From positions 55,951 through 119,950 of the forward strand of contig REDJ01000108.1 in NCBI GenBank assembly GCA_007693555.1: DNA of 64,000 nt, read 5' to 3'. This document shows positions 10,192 to 21,872 of this stretch, one piece after another; the first letter of the stretch is position 1, and each line of letters starts with the position of its first letter. This stretch comes from Bacteroidota bacterium. Its GTDB lineage: Bacteria > Bacteroidota > Bacteroidia > Bacteroidales > UBA7960. The notes below the pieces were generated by a model that was not told the DNA's origin, searched no databases, and worked only from the letters and a program-made list of their open reading frames with translations. Both the position numbers and the translations under genes were made by a program.

Positions 10192-11163
10192 TTAATCGTT
10201 TTCAACTTTATGAACCGATTCTTTTTTGTTTTCCTGCTCCCTCTTACGAGTCAGGTTTACAAATTCTAAGGCAATTTCCATCGATTTTTCATTGTCGTGC
10301 GCTTCAGGAGAATACTTTGCAAACTTTACAAGGTCTGCAAGTTGCATGCATTGACCTAAGATTTCTTCTGCTTCTTTCTTATCAGGTTTCCCATTGATGG
10401 CAACCATAATTTCCGAACTAGTCATTTCCATGGCATGGATTCTATAAAGTTTTTCGATGTATTGCCTCAGGATATCAGTGAGTTCGCTATGATATTGTTT
10501 TATTTTGCCTTGTTGCCATAACTTCTGGGCTTTCAATTTCTCCAGGCTGCTGATAGCGGCTATATGCGCCGGTATATCCGGTTTTTGCCAAATGGTTTGC
10601 GGTTGGGCGCGTGGTTTCCGTTTTTTTAAATACAGAACAATGCCTGTAATAATTGCTGCCAGTAACCATAACGCAAGCAGCCAGGGAAGTATTTCACCCA
10701 AAGTCAAAGGAGCTGAAATAATAGACTTAATATCCTTAATATCCGCGTGCTCATCCAATATAAAAGGATCTACCTCAAGCAAAACTGGCTCACTCTCTAC
10801 TTCCAGTGTATCTGTGGCCGATATAAACCTGAAAACAAACGGTTTAATGGGATGAAATCCTTCTTCCCAAGAGGTAATCCTTAATGTTTTCAGGACTTTC
10901 AGATGGTTGGGTTTGGTTGAGGGTAATGTATCTGTTGTCCCGTAATGAAGAATTTCGGCTTTATCAGTAATCTTCTCATTAAAAACAGGCATTTCCAGCC
11001 TGAAGCTATCAGCAAACTCTATGGTAAAGGATAGTTGAACCGGCTCTCCCATAAGAATTTTATGAGGTTCCAGTCCCGTAGTGATGTTTTGCCCGGTAAG
11101 CGGCAATATGCCCGTTAAAAAGGACAACAAGCACAATATTATATAACGATATCCAATCTTCAT
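10192..11163 (-). CDS. bat-operon membrane protein (BatD-like/DUF4381-type)
   Basis: Signal peptide, DIKDIK + TM, then TDILRQYIE...EMTSSE...ADLVKFAK; conserved position between DUF58 and batA. Confidence 0.8.
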   Translation of the reverse strand: MKIGYRYIILCLLSFLTGILPLTGQNITTGLEPHKILMGEPVQLSFTIEFADSFRLEMPVFNEKITDKAEILHYGTTDTLPSTKPNHLKVLKTLRITSWEEGFHPIKPFVFRFISATDTLEVESEPVLLEVDPFILDEHADIKDIKSIISAPLTLGEILPWLLALWLLAAIITGIVLYLKKRKPRAQPQTIWQKPDIPAHIAAISSLEKLKAQKLWQQGKIKQYHSELTDILRQYIEKLYRIHAMEMTSSEIMVAINGKPDKKEAEEILGQCMQLADLVKFAKYSPEAHDNEKSMEIALEFVNLTRKREQENKKESVHKVEND

Positions 11164-11193
11164 TCAAAGTAGTTTATTTAATCTAATGGCCTC

Positions 11194-12063
11194 TTAGTTT
11201 ATTCTTCTTCTAAACAAATCAATGAGAGGTGGAACATAATCCTGATCAGTAGCTATAGATGTAAGGTCAACAGAAGCTTTTGTAAAGGCATTTTTCAGAA
11301 ATATTTCGTGATTTTTTCTCCATTTCCTGATGTTTTCCCTGAAGCTTTTGCTGGAGGTATCTGCCCAAATCATTTGTCCGCTTTCTGCATCGCGCAGGCG
11401 AACCAATCCCACAGGGGGTATTTCCTGCTCGAGCGGATCAAACACTCTTATGCCCACCAGGTCATGTTTTTTACTTACAATAGTTAAAGCATCATCAAAT
11501 CCTTCATCCTGCATATCAGAAATCAAAAATGCCACTGATTTCTTTTTGATTACGTTACGCATGTATTTCAATGCGCCTGAAATATCTGTTCCCTGCCGGG
11601 CAGGTTTAAAGTCAAGCAACTCTCTGATTATCCTTAATATATGTGTGGTTCCTTTTTTCGGAGGGATGAATTTTTCAATGATACTACTGAAAAAGATAAC
11701 TCCCACTTTGTCATTATTGTTTATGGCAGAAAAGGCCAGTACAGCGGCAATTTCTGTAATCATTTCTTCTTTGAGTTGGCGTTGCGAGCCAAATTCGTTG
11801 GAGCCGCTTACGTCTATCAGCAACATAACAGTAAGTTCACGCTCCTCTTCAAATACTTTTACATAGGGATGATTGAAGCGGGCTGTCACATTCCAGTCAA
11901 TAGACCTGATATCATCGCCGAACTGATATTCACGCACCTCGGTAAAAGCCATGCCGCGCCCTTTGAAAGCACTCTGATAGCTTCCGGCAAAAACCTGGTT
12001 GGAAATCCCACGGGTTTTTATTTCAATCTTTCTTACTTTTTTTATCAGTTCTTTGGTTTCCAT
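11194..12063 (-). CDS. DUF58 protein (MoxR-associated, VWA-like)
   Basis: FKGRGMAFTEVREYQFGDDIRSIDWNVTAR and EEERE motifs. Confidence 0.92.
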   Translation of the reverse strand: METKELIKKVRKIEIKTRGISNQVFAGSYQSAFKGRGMAFTEVREYQFGDDIRSIDWNVTARFNHPYVKVFEEERELTVMLLIDVSGSNEFGSQRQLKEEMITEIAAVLAFSAINNNDKVGVIFFSSIIEKFIPPKKGTTHILRIIRELLDFKPARQGTDISGALKYMRNVIKKKSVAFLISDMQDEGFDDALTIVSKKHDLVGIRVFDPLEQEIPPVGLVRLRDAESGQMIWADTSSKSFRENIRKWRKNHEIFLKNAFTKASVDLTSIATDQDYVPPLIDLFRRRIN

Positions 12064-12068
12064 AAGTT

Positions 12069-13052
12069 CTAGGGAACTTCAACAGTATTTAAAATATCGT
12101 TGATTATATCTTCAGAAGTAATGTTTTCGGCTTCCGCTTCGTAGGTAAGTCCGATACGGTGTCTGAGAACATCAGGACAAATTGCTCTTACATCTTCAGG
12201 AATTACATAACCACGACGTTTGATAAACGCAAAAGCCTTGGATGCCAAAGCCATATTTATACTTGCACGCGGTGAACCGCCGTAACTTATCAGATGCTCC
12301 AACTGGTCAAGTTTGTAATCTTTGGGATTACGGGTAGCAAAAACTATATCGGTAATGTAATTTTCAATTTTTTCATCGAGGTATACATCTCTCACCACCT
12401 GCCGGGCCTTGATAATATCGCGTGGGTTAAGCACCGGAGAAGTTGTGGGAAAAGTACCGGTTACATTCTGCCTGATGATAAGCTTTTCTTCTTCTTTGTC
12501 AGGATATCCAATCATGACCTTGAGCATAAAACGGTCAACCTGTGCTTCGGGAAGAGGGTAGGTGCCTTCCTGCTCCAGTGGGTTTTCGGTAGCCAGCACA
12601 AGAAAAGGTTCATCTAACATAAAAGTTTGATCACCTATGGTTACCTGGCGTTCCTGCATGGCTTCGAGCAAAGCACTCTGAACCTTGGCCGGAGCACGGT
12701 TTATCTCGTCGGCCAGGATAAAGTTGGCAAAAACAGGACCTTTTTTGACCAGGAATTCTTCCGAACGTTGCGAGTATATCATGGTACCGATAAGGTCAGC
12801 AGGTAAAAGGTCAGGAGTGAATTGTATGCGCGAAAACTTTGCCTTGATGGAATTGGCAAGAGATTTTATAGCAAGGGTTTTGGCAAGGCCCGGAACTCCC
12901 TCAAGCAAAACATGACCATTGGCCAGCAAACCAATCAGTAATCTGTCAACCATACCTTTCTGACCTACTATTACTTTTTTCATTTCCATGGTGAGGATAT
13001 CCACAAAGGCACTTTCCTGCTGAATCCGTTCATTGAGTTCTTTTATGTCCAT
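12069..13052 (-). CDS. moxR: MoxR-family AAA+ ATPase
   Basis: Walker A GVPGLAKT; RIQFTPDLLPAD; DEINRAPAKVQSALLEAMQE; EGTYPLPEAQVDRF. Confidence 0.95.
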   Translation of the reverse strand: MDIKELNERIQQESAFVDILTMEMKKVIVGQKGMVDRLLIGLLANGHVLLEGVPGLAKTLAIKSLANSIKAKFSRIQFTPDLLPADLIGTMIYSQRSEEFLVKKGPVFANFILADEINRAPAKVQSALLEAMQERQVTIGDQTFMLDEPFLVLATENPLEQEGTYPLPEAQVDRFMLKVMIGYPDKEEEKLIIRQNVTGTFPTTSPVLNPRDIIKARQVVRDVYLDEKIENYITDIVFATRNPKDYKLDQLEHLISYGGSPRASINMALASKAFAFIKRRGYVIPEDVRAICPDVLRHRIGLTYEAEAENITSEDIINDILNTVEVP

Positions 13053-13084
13053 AATACAGATAGGTTATTTAGAAATTTGTGCTG

Positions 13085-13092
13085 CAAAAATA
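13085..13092 (-). promoter_or_regulatory. -7 box of the moxR-bat operon promoter
   Basis: Reverse complement reads TATTTTTG, 33 nt upstream of the moxR ATG. Confidence 0.6.
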
Positions 13093-13405
13093 GGCTATGT
13101 ATCGACTGATACAGTGTTTCTTTAGTTAATATATGTTAACATTTAGGTTAAATATTTTATGCAAAATATTTCTAAAACTGTTGATAATAATAATATATCG
13201 AGTTATTATGATTTAAATAAAAGGGTAGGGGAGTTCTCATGAAAAAAGTATTATGAATGCCAGAATCCGGATATTAAAATCTCCGGATTAGTTTAATGGT
13301 AAGCATAATATAATTAACTTACAAAATATGCCAGAAAATCAGAAAACAATGAACAGATTTGTTTATATTAGCCCGTCAAACAAAATTATAACCAAAATTA
13401 AAAAG

Positions 13406-14005
13406 ATGTTACGAAATTATTTAACTGTTGTGGTCATAGCGTCTGTGATAGCATTGGCCGGATGCGGGCCGCGCACCCAACCTGCAGAAGATTTTACTGA
13501 GCCGGCGCCTGGTTTACTTGAAAATGATGCCCACCAGGCTTTCTTTAATAACCTTGCCAGTTTGTGCGGCCAATCTTTTATTGGTGAGCAGGTTTACCGC
13601 AGTCATCACGGCGAAAGCTGGGCCGGCAGGGATATGATTATGCATGTCACTGTTTGCGAGGATGATCATATCCACATTCCTTTCCATGTAGATGAAGACC
13701 ATTCGCGCACCTGGATGTTTCTTGCTGAAGATGGGCAGTTACGTTTCCGCCATCAGCATCTTTATGAAGACGGTACTCACGAAGAAGGATCAATGTACGG
13801 TGGTTATGCCGATGACAGGGGTAATGCATTTGTACAGTATTTTCCTGCCGATGAATACAGTGCACAGGTTATAGAAGACGGAGGAGGAAATGTGTGGACG
13901 GTAAGCATGGATCAAGCCCTAACCACTTTTTCCTATCGTCTGGATCGTGATGGAGAAAAACGATTTGAAATCGTATTTGATCTTACCAATCCACTGGTTC
14001 GCTAA
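13406..14005 (+). CDS. Hypothetical lipoprotein
   Basis: Start moved to ATG 13406 (MLRNYL...), which gives a lipoprotein signal LAGC; motifs SRTW, LRFRHQH and MYGG resemble a conserved secreted hypothetical family. Confidence 0.7.
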   Translation: MLRNYLTVVVIASVIALAGCGPRTQPAEDFTEPAPGLLENDAHQAFFNNLASLCGQSFIGEQVYRSHHGESWAGRDMIMHVTVCEDDHIHIPFHVDEDHSRTWMFLAEDGQLRFRHQHLYEDGTHEEGSMYGGYADDRGNAFVQYFPADEYSAQVIEDGGGNVWTVSMDQALTTFSYRLDRDGEKRFEIVFDLTNPLVR

Positions 14006-14208
14006 AATATTTTATGGTTTAATATTTAGCCGATAAAAGATGCATATATTCAATTGAAAAGCAAAAAAGTTATCACCAATCATTAAAAATTTATCATTTT
14101 TTTTTAGTTTTAAAGGAAAACTTTTTTACTTTTGAAAGTGCATGTTCAAATAATATGCATGTATTGAAATTGTTTGCATGTTTTCTAAAAGGGTAGGAGG
14201 TAAACTCT

Positions 14209-14577
14209 ATGATCCAGAAGCTTAATATAACCGAGGCATTCAGAAAAAAATATTCTGATTGGGTTAACCCCGAACTCGTATCGCTGAAATTTTGCTGCGA
14301 TGATATGGATTGTTTTTTGGAACTGGTTTTTAAAAATAATCCGGAAAATATAATCATACAGAATTTATCCTTTATTGCAGATGATTACAATGATACCCTT
14401 ATGGATGAGGAAATGTATGATATTTCCCGTTTATTTCATCCAGGAAAAGACTTTGTTGACAATGCAACCCAATTTCTCAATATGGACCCCTATAGCATAA
14501 TTCATTGTGTAAGCAACCTAATAACTGAAGAGGCTGCTAATTTTATAAGTGATAAACACATGAATGAAATCATGTAA
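14209..14577 (+). CDS. Hypothetical acidic protein
   Basis: 122-aa ORF in an AT-rich region; AGGAGGT 7 nt upstream of the ATG; no recognised domain. Confidence 0.6.
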   Translation: MIQKLNITEAFRKKYSDWVNPELVSLKFCCDDMDCFLELVFKNNPENIIIQNLSFIADDYNDTLMDEEMYDISRLFHPGKDFVDNATQFLNMDPYSIIHCVSNLITEEAANFISDKHMNEIM

Positions 14578-14814
14578 AATTATTTTCTTTTATTTTTTCT
14601 TATTCGTATTTCCGGTAAAATATTTTTAGAATATTCAATTCTCAGGGAGATATTGCATCAATTATGCATATTTTTTTTTAGTCGATATTATTTATAGATA
14701 AGAATTCGAAATAAACAATTAAATGTCGTATAATTTATATTATGTTAAATTATGCTTTCATAAGAAAGGGTGAATAAAACTATCCACCCCCTATTAAATT
14801 TCTATTGTATATCA

Positions 14815-16041
14815 TTAAAAATCTTCATCGTCCGGACTACCGAACTTTTCTTTCCATATCTCATTGGTTTCTTCAAGTTTTTCTTCCTGGCCTGTTCGCA
14901 TATAAAGTTCGCGTAATGATCTCAGAACAACCTCAAAATTTTCATCATCAGCATCAATCATATCAAATGCTTCTTCAAGGTATGGCTGAGCCTGTAGCCA
15001 TATTTCCTTTATTTTTGCTTCTTTCTTTTCATAGGCTCTGAAATCCATGTCTTTTCTGAGCTGATTTTCTGCTTCAACAAACAATTTGATTCCTTCATTG
15101 AAATAGAGAGCTCCAAGATTGTAAATTGCATCAAAATAATCAGGCTTCAGTTCTATAGCTTCTTGGTAAGCCTTGATTGCTTCTTCGTAGGCAAACTCTC
15201 GTTCCTCTTTGCTGAATAATGTATCTCTTGACATCTGGTCGTAATTGACCGCGAATGCATAATGCAGATTGGGATTGTCAGGGTCTCGTTCAATTGCAAT
15301 CTGAAGTATTCTTCTTGCTTCAGGGATATTTCCGGTAGTCAGGTAAATGTTGGCTTCTGCAAAGATCATCTCAAGGTTGTCGGGATATCTTTCCCTGCCT
15401 TTGGAAATCCATTTTGAGGCCTCTTCTTCGTTCTCCCTGGCTAAAAAAATATTTGCCAGCGAACTATAGAGAAATGGCTGGTCATAGTCCATTTGCACTA
15501 CCTGCATGTAAATATCAAGTGCTCTGTCAAGATCACCTGCTATTTCTGCTGCCAGCCCTGCATTATATAGTGTTGCAGTATCTGTTGAACCAAAAGTTTC
15601 ACTAACTTTATACGAATACAAAAAGTATTTACTAGCATCTGCAAAGCTGTTTTCATTGTATTTGATGGCTCCTGCATTGAAGAAAAACTCCGAAAGGATG
15701 AGGTTGGTTTGTTGGATATCAAGTAAGTTGCGGTTATCTTCATCCAATTCATCTGCTTTTTTCATGGATTCAAATGCAAGAACCAGAGGGTCATCAACCA
15801 GATTTGCATGCTGGGGTTCCTCAGAGCCTGCTATTTCCATAAGTATCTGAGCATGAAGTATATGCGTTTCAGCATCACTTTTGGTAGACTCATCCTGTAT
15901 GGCATTCCTGATGTGCTGCAGAGCTTCTTCCAGGTTGCCTCTGTTCAGGTTGCGGTTGGCCCTTCTTACCTCTCCTCTTTGCGCGCTTACCATTTCAACG
16001 GCAAACACACTTATTATTAATAATAATGCGATTTTTTTCAT
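14815..16041 (-). CDS. Tetratricopeptide-repeat periplasmic protein (gyrA-linked)
   Basis: Start at ATG 16041 (MKKIALL, signal peptide VSA|Q), supported by a TAAATTTG -7 box at 16084-16091; multiple TPRs (YNAGLAA, YNLGALYFN). Confidence 0.85.
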   Translation of the reverse strand: MKKIALLLIISVFAVEMVSAQRGEVRRANRNLNRGNLEEALQHIRNAIQDESTKSDAETHILHAQILMEIAGSEEPQHANLVDDPLVLAFESMKKADELDEDNRNLLDIQQTNLILSEFFFNAGAIKYNENSFADASKYFLYSYKVSETFGSTDTATLYNAGLAAEIAGDLDRALDIYMQVVQMDYDQPFLYSSLANIFLARENEEEASKWISKGRERYPDNLEMIFAEANIYLTTGNIPEARRILQIAIERDPDNPNLHYAFAVNYDQMSRDTLFSKEEREFAYEEAIKAYQEAIELKPDYFDAIYNLGALYFNEGIKLFVEAENQLRKDMDFRAYEKKEAKIKEIWLQAQPYLEEAFDMIDADDENFEVVLRSLRELYMRTGQEEKLEETNEIWKEKFGSPDDEDF

Positions 16042-16154
16042 TTGCTTTTCATTTTTAGTGTTTTGGTAAACTTTGTCGCTATGCAAATTTAGCATAATTT
16101 AAAAATACAATGCAACATAATTAGAGTTATTGAATTAACTTTTATTAACTAGTG

Positions 16155-18662
16155 CTATTCTTTTATTTCGTTATCGTTTAAATCTTCAGGTAAATCTTCC
16201 GGTTTTAAAATTTCATCAACCTCTGATTTTTCCTGCACTTTTGCAACCGCTGCAATAGTATCTCCATTACGCAGATTTATTAGTTTTACTCCCTGTGTAG
16301 CTCTACCCATATTTCTGAGTCCGGAGACTGACGTTCGGATCGTAATACCTGATTTATTTATGATCATCAGGTCGTCATCATCACTAACGTTTATCATTGC
16401 AATAAGCTTGCCTGTTTTTTCAGTTACGTTGATGGTTTTCACACCTTTACCTCCCCTATTGGTAATCCTGTATTCTTTAAGGAAAGATCTTTTACCAAAA
16501 CCGTTTTCAGAAACCACAAGCAATGAGCTTTCAGGATCATTTACGCAAACCATGCTTACTACTTCATCAAATTTATCTGCAAGCGTTATGCCTTTAACCC
16601 CAGATGCATTTCTTCCTATAGGTCGAATAGTTTTTTCAGGAAATCGTATGGCTTTTCCGTTTTTGGCAGCCAGCAGGATTTCGTTTTCACCGTCAGTTAG
16701 ATTAGCTTCCAGTAATTCATCACCCGGACGAATATTGATGGCAATGATACCATTGGCACGTGGTCTTGAGTATGCTTCAAGAGAAGTCTTTTTAATGATA
16801 CCTTTTTTCGTGCAGAGAATGATGAAGTTATTGCTGATATATTCTTCATCTGTCAAATCCTGAACCTTGACAAAAGCTTTTACTTTATCATCTGTCGGAA
16901 TATTTATCAGGTTCTGTATAGGTTTTCCCCTCGAACTTTTTGTTCCTTCAGGAATTTCAAAAACTCTCTTCCAATAGCATTTTCCCTGCTCTGTAAAGAA
17001 TATCAGGTAATTGTGATTGGTAGCATGGAAAAGATATTCAACAAAATCTTCCTCCCTGGTGGTTGATCCTTTTGAACCTGTTCCTCCCCTTGCCTGGGTT
17101 CTGAACTCCGTAAGATTGGTTCTTTTAATATAACCCATATGTGAAATGGTAATAACCATATCTTCATCTGGAATGGTATCTTCTATGCGGAAATCATTTG
17201 CAGTATATTCTATCTCTGAGCGGGTTTTATCCCCGTATTTTTCTCTGATTTCAAGCAGTTCATCCTTGATGATCTGCATCCTCATTTCCAGACTACCCAG
17301 GATGTCTTTATAATGCTCAATTTTTTTGAGGATTTCATTATACTCTTCCCTGATTTTCTCAATTTCGAGTCCGGTGAGCCTTTGCAACTGCATTGACAGA
17401 ATGGCTCTTGCCTGCAAATCTGACAGGTCGTAGGTGTCAATAAGTCCGTTTCTGGCTTCTTCAGGAGTTTTAGATTTTTTTATGAGTTCGATAACATCAT
17501 CAATGTTATTTAGAGCAATGATAAGACCTTCAAGAATATGAGCCCTTTTTTCAGCTTCGCGCAATTCGAATTCTGTGCGGCGGGTCACCACATTATGCCT
17601 GTGTTCAACAAAGTATTTTATGATCTCCTTCAAGTTAAGCAGCATGGGCCTGCCATTTACCAATGCAATATTATTTACATTGAATGCCGTCTGAAGACCG
17701 GTATACTGGTAAAGTAGGTTTAGTACCACATTGGGTACAGCATCTTTTCTTAATTCATAAACAATTCGCAATCCGCTGCGGTCAGATTCATCCCTGATAT
17801 CTGTAATACCATCAATTTTTTTGTCATTTACAAGGTCGGCAGTTCGTTTTATCATTTCTGCCTTATTGACAAGGTATGGAATTGAAGTTACGATTATAGT
17901 CTGCTTTCCGCCTTCTTCTCCTTCAAAGGTAGCTTCTCCCCTCATAACGATACGACCTTTTCCCGTGTTGTAGGCCTCTCTTACACCTTCGTATCCGTAA
18001 ATAAGTCCACCGGTTGGAAAATCAGGCCCCTTGATAAAGTTCATCAATTCTTCAATGGTAATTTCAGGGTTATCAATGTATGCTACGGTACCATCAACTA
18101 CCTCTGTAAGATTATGCGGCGGCATGTTGGTTGCCATACCAACGGCAATACCACTTGCTCCATTTATAAGCAAATTGGGAACCTTGGCCGGTAAGACAGT
18201 AGGCTCTTCTATGGTATCATCAAAATTTAGCTGAAAATCAACAGTTTCCTTGTTAATATCCGCAAGCATTTCCTCAGATATTTTTCTGAGTCGGGCTTCT
18301 GTATAGCGCATGGCTGCAGGGCTGTCACCGTCAATACTTCCAAAGTTTCCCTGTCCGTCAACCAGAGGATAACGCAACGACCAGGGCTGCGCCATTCTTA
18401 CCATTGCATCGTATACCGAACTATCGCCATGGGGGTGATATTTACCCAATACCTCCCCTACTATCCTGGCAGACTTTTTATAAGGCCTGTTACTTAATAT
18501 ACCAAGTTCCGACATTCCGAAAAGCACCCGACGATGAACCGGTTTAAGCCCGTCGCGAACATCAGGTAATGCACGGGAGACAATCACCGACATTGCATAG
18601 TCGATGTAAGCGCTTTTCATTTGATCTTCAATGTTAACCTTTGTTATTTTTTCTTCTGACAT
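16155..18662 (-). CDS. gyrA: DNA gyrase subunit A
   Basis: [24 protein letters not shown]; HPHGDSS; catalytic AAMRYTE; GyrA-box QARGGTG; C-terminal beta-pinwheel repeats. Confidence 0.98.
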   Translation of the reverse strand: MSEEKITKVNIEDQMKSAYIDYAMSVIVSRALPDVRDGLKPVHRRVLFGMSELGILSNRPYKKSARIVGEVLGKYHPHGDSSVYDAMVRMAQPWSLRYPLVDGQGNFGSIDGDSPAAMRYTEARLRKISEEMLADINKETVDFQLNFDDTIEEPTVLPAKVPNLLINGASGIAVGMATNMPPHNLTEVVDGTVAYIDNPEITIEELMNFIKGPDFPTGGLIYGYEGVREAYNTGKGRIVMRGEATFEGEEGGKQTIIVTSIPYLVNKAEMIKRTADLVNDKKIDGITDIRDESDRSGLRIVYELRKDAVPNVVLNLLYQYTGLQTAFNVNNIALVNGRPMLLNLKEIIKYFVEHRHNVVTRRTEFELREAEKRAHILEGLIIALNNIDDVIELIKKSKTPEEARNGLIDTYDLSDLQARAILSMQLQRLTGLEIEKIREEYNEILKKIEHYKDILGSLEMRMQIIKDELLEIREKYGDKTRSEIEYTANDFRIEDTIPDEDMVITISHMGYIKRTNLTEFRTQARGGTGSKGSTTREEDFVEYLFHATNHNYLIFFTEQGKCYWKRVFEIPEGTKSSRGKPIQNLINIPTDDKVKAFVKVQDLTDEEYISNNFIILCTKKGIIKKTSLEAYSRPRANGIIAINIRPGDELLEANLTDGENEILLAAKNGKAIRFPEKTIRPIGRNASGVKGITLADKFDEVVSMVCVNDPESSLLVVSENGFGKRSFLKEYRITNRGGKGVKTINVTEKTGKLIAMINVSDDDDLMIINKSGITIRTSVSGLRNMGRATQGVKLINLRNGDTIAAVAKVQEKSEVDEILKPEDLPEDLNDNEIKE

Positions 18663-19000
18663 ACTTGTTTTATTAGTAGTTTTCCAACGTTTGGCTTATC
18701 TGTTTTACAAGCCACGAAATTACGCTTTTTTTGTGGAAAAAGAATGTTCAGGCTACTCCCATTTCAACCAATTTGCTAACAAAACGGCATTTTTTTTGTT
18801 AATAAAATATGTTCATGAAAATTAGAGGTAAACGACTTGTTTTTTAGATGTGCAAAACATAATAAAAAAATCGGCACAACTTTGTAACAGTTATTGTGAA
18901 TAAAAATTGCAAATCTTTCGTTCGTTTTACTTAATATTGTACATAAATTTGAATGAATTATAGTTTTTTAATATAGTTACCTATTATCGCAAATAAAATT

Positions 19001-21553
19001 ATGGAAGCGAAATTTTCTCCAAGAGTTAAAGATGTTATTACCTACAGTCGTGAAGAAGCGGTTCGTAATGGTAATGATTACATTGGTATAGAGCATCTTT
19101 TACTCGGACTAATCAGAGAAGGTGAAGGCCTTGCCGTTCAGATACTGATCAACCTGGGCGTTGATCTTTCCCGAATAAAATCTCACATAGAAAGAACCAT
19201 CCGCACCGATTCAAAAAAGAGTCGCAGCGTTGATAATATTCCTTTGGTAAAACAAGCTGAACGTGTACTAAAAATTACCTATCTTGAAGCAAAAGTTTTT
19301 AACAGTGATATTATAGGAACCGAACACTTGCTGTTATCTATCCTGAAGGATAAGGAAAACCTTGCCACCAGATTATTGTTACAGCAAGGTGTGGATTATG
19401 ATAGCATTAAGGAAGAAATAGTTCATCTCAGGAATAATCCTGGTGACGAAGCCCGTTTGGGAGATATAAATCCGCGTAGTGAATTGTCTCAGGGATCTGA
19501 AGATGATGAAACCAGTGAAGGTGGTGGCTTTGGAGGAGGAGGGTTTAAAAAATACTCTGATAAATCCAAAACTCCGGTACTTGACAATTTTGGACGCGAT
19601 CTTACCAAAGCGGCCGAAGAAGACCGCCTTGACCCCGTTGTGGGCCGTGAGAAAGAACTTGAGCGCATTGCCCAGATTTTATCACGTCGCAAAAAAAACA
19701 ACCCCATCCTTATTGGTGAACCCGGAGTAGGTAAATCTGCAATTGCCGAAGGATTGGCCCTGCGTATTGTTCAGAGAAAAGTATCCAGAGCATTGTTCAA
19801 TAAGCGCATTGTAACCCTTGATATTGCATCTCTGGTTGCCGGTACCAAATACCGTGGTCAGTTTGAAGAGCGTATGAAAGCCCTGCTCAATGAACTGGAA
19901 AAAACTCCAGATGTAATTCTCTTTATTGATGAATTACATACAATAGTTGGTGCCGGTGGTGCAAGTGGTTCGCTTGATGCATCTAACATGTTTAAACCTG
20001 CCCTTGCAAGAGGTGAAATTCAGTGTATAGGTGCCACAACACTTGATGAGTATCGTCAGCATATTGAAAAGGATGGTGCCCTGGAACGGCGTTTCCAGAA
20101 GGTTTTAATCGATCCCACAACGGCAGATGAAACTATTGAAATTCTCAATAATATCAAGAAAAAGTACGAGGATCATCATCTTGTAACATATGCACCTGAA
20201 GCCATTAAGGCTTGTGTAAGCCTTACCAGCAGATATGTAACCGATCGTTGCCTGCCTGATAAAGCTATTGACGCAATGGATGAAGCCGGTTCACGTGTGC
20301 ACATTACCAATATAAAAGTACCGGAGAACATTATCAATATTGAGGCTAAGATAGATACAGTGCGCGAAGAAAAAACACGTGCCATCAAAAGCCAGAAATA
20401 TGAACAGGCAGCCAAATTCCGCGATCAGGAGCGAGAATTACTTGATTTACTGGAAAAAGAAAAACGTGCCTGGGAAGAAGAATCTCAGTTGCATCGTGAA
20501 ACAGTTTCTGAGCACAATGTATCAGAGGTTGTTTCCATGATGACAGGCGTACCTGTGCAGCGTATTGCTCTCAATGAAAGTCAGAGACTTGTAAATATGG
20601 AATCTGACCTGGAAAAAAGTGTAATTGGTCAGCAAGATGCAATTAAAAAAGTCGTACAATCTATCCGGCGTAACCGTGCCGGACTGAAAGATCCTGCCAA
20701 GCCCATTGGTAGTTTTATTTTCCTCGGACCTACAGGTGTTGGTAAAACACACCTGGCTAAAGTATTGTCCAAGCATCTTTTCGACTCAGATGATGCCATT
20801 GTACGTATCGATATGAGTGAATACATGGAAAAATTCGCGGTTAGCCGTCTCATTGGTGCACCTCCCGGATACGTCGGTTATGAAGAAGGTGGACAACTTA
20901 CGGAAAAAATCAGACGTAAGCCCTATTCTGTTGTTTTACTTGACGAAATAGAAAAGGCTCACCCTGATGTATTCCACCTGCTTCTTCAGATGCTTGATGA
21001 TGGTCAACTGACCGATAGTCTTGGCAGACGAATTGATTTCAAAAACACAATTATTATAATGACCTCCAATATCGGGTCACGTCAGCTCAAAGATTTTGGC
21101 ATGGGCGTCGGATTTAATACCAGCGCCAAAAAAACAGGCAGTAAGGACTACACACAGGGAGTTATAGAAAACGCCCTAAAGAAATCATTTGCACCTGAAT
21201 TTCTTAACAGGGTAGATGATATCGTAATATTTGAAAATCTTGAAAAAGAAGATATTTTCAAAATTATTGATATAGAACTGGCCAAGCTTTATACCCGTAT
21301 AGAAGATTTGGGTTATAAGGTGATCCTTTCAGATACTGCAAAAGAATATATTGCAGAAAAAGGATGGGATTCAGCTTTTGGCGCAAGACCGCTTAAGAGA
21401 GCTATCCAAAAATATCTGGAAGATCCCCTTGCTGAAGAGATCATAAGAGCCAAAGTGGAAGAAGGTGATGAGATCTATGTTGATTTCGACAGTGAAAACA
21501 GCGAAATTACAGTAAAAGCGCAAAAAGCTGCCAAAGAAAAAGCAGACTCGTAG
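19001..21553 (+). CDS. clpC: ATP-dependent Clp protease ATP-binding subunit ClpC
   Basis: Clp-N repeats; two AAA modules ([16 protein letters not shown]); UVR motif ([13 protein letters not shown]); VGF ClpP-binding loop. Confidence 0.93.
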   Translation: MEAKFSPRVKDVITYSREEAVRNGNDYIGIEHLLLGLIREGEGLAVQILINLGVDLSRIKSHIERTIRTDSKKSRSVDNIPLVKQAERVLKITYLEAKVFNSDIIGTEHLLLSILKDKENLATRLLLQQGVDYDSIKEEIVHLRNNPGDEARLGDINPRSELSQGSEDDETSEGGGFGGGGFKKYSDKSKTPVLDNFGRDLTKAAEEDRLDPVVGREKELERIAQILSRRKKNNPILIGEPGVGKSAIAEGLALRIVQRKVSRALFNKRIVTLDIASLVAGTKYRGQFEERMKALLNELEKTPDVILFIDELHTIVGAGGASGSLDASNMFKPALARGEIQCIGATTLDEYRQHIEKDGALERRFQKVLIDPTTADETIEILNNIKKKYEDHHLVTYAPEAIKACVSLTSRYVTDRCLPDKAIDAMDEAGSRVHITNIKVPENIINIEAKIDTVREEKTRAIKSQKYEQAAKFRDQERELLDLLEKEKRAWEEESQLHRETVSEHNVSEVVSMMTGVPVQRIALNESQRLVNMESDLEKSVIGQQDAIKKVVQSIRRNRAGLKDPAKPIGSFIFLGPTGVGKTHLAKVLSKHLFDSDDAIVRIDMSEYMEKFAVSRLIGAPPGYVGYEEGGQLTEKIRRKPYSVVLLDEIEKAHPDVFHLLLQMLDDGQLTDSLGRRIDFKNTIIIMTSNIGSRQLKDFGMGVGFNTSAKKTGSKDYTQGVIENALKKSFAPEFLNRVDDIVIFENLEKEDIFKIIDIELAKLYTRIEDLGYKVILSDTAKEYIAEKGWDSAFGARPLKRAIQKYLEDPLAEEIIRAKVEEGDEIYVDFDSENSEITVKAQKAAKEKADS

Positions 21554-21584
21554 ATTTATATGCATTGAAGATTAGATTATTCTT

Positions 21585-21620
21585 AAAAACCGGACTACCA
21601 TTGGGGAGTCCGGTTTTTTT
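21585..21620 (+). terminator. Rho-independent terminator after clpC
   Basis: aaaaaccggact...agtccggttttttt stem with T tract. Confidence 0.85.
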
Positions 21621-21872
21621 AATTCCTCTTGCTCAATTACCTTAACACCAAGGATTTTATTATAACATCAACATACCTTCATTTAGCAATACCTAACTTC
21701 GTATTTCTTAATATTTTATTAATGCAATATTGTGAAAAAAATTTTCAAAAACACTTACTAGTTTATAAGAGTTATTGTAGATTTGAATTTTTATTTCTAT
21801 TAGCTGAATATTGAAATATCCTTGCAATAATTCTCCTAAAATATTAAGTCAATTAATCAAAAATCTATCAAC

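Noticed and set aside
19001-21553. ClpB call
   Set aside because: The short UVR-type middle domain and VGF loop indicate ClpC
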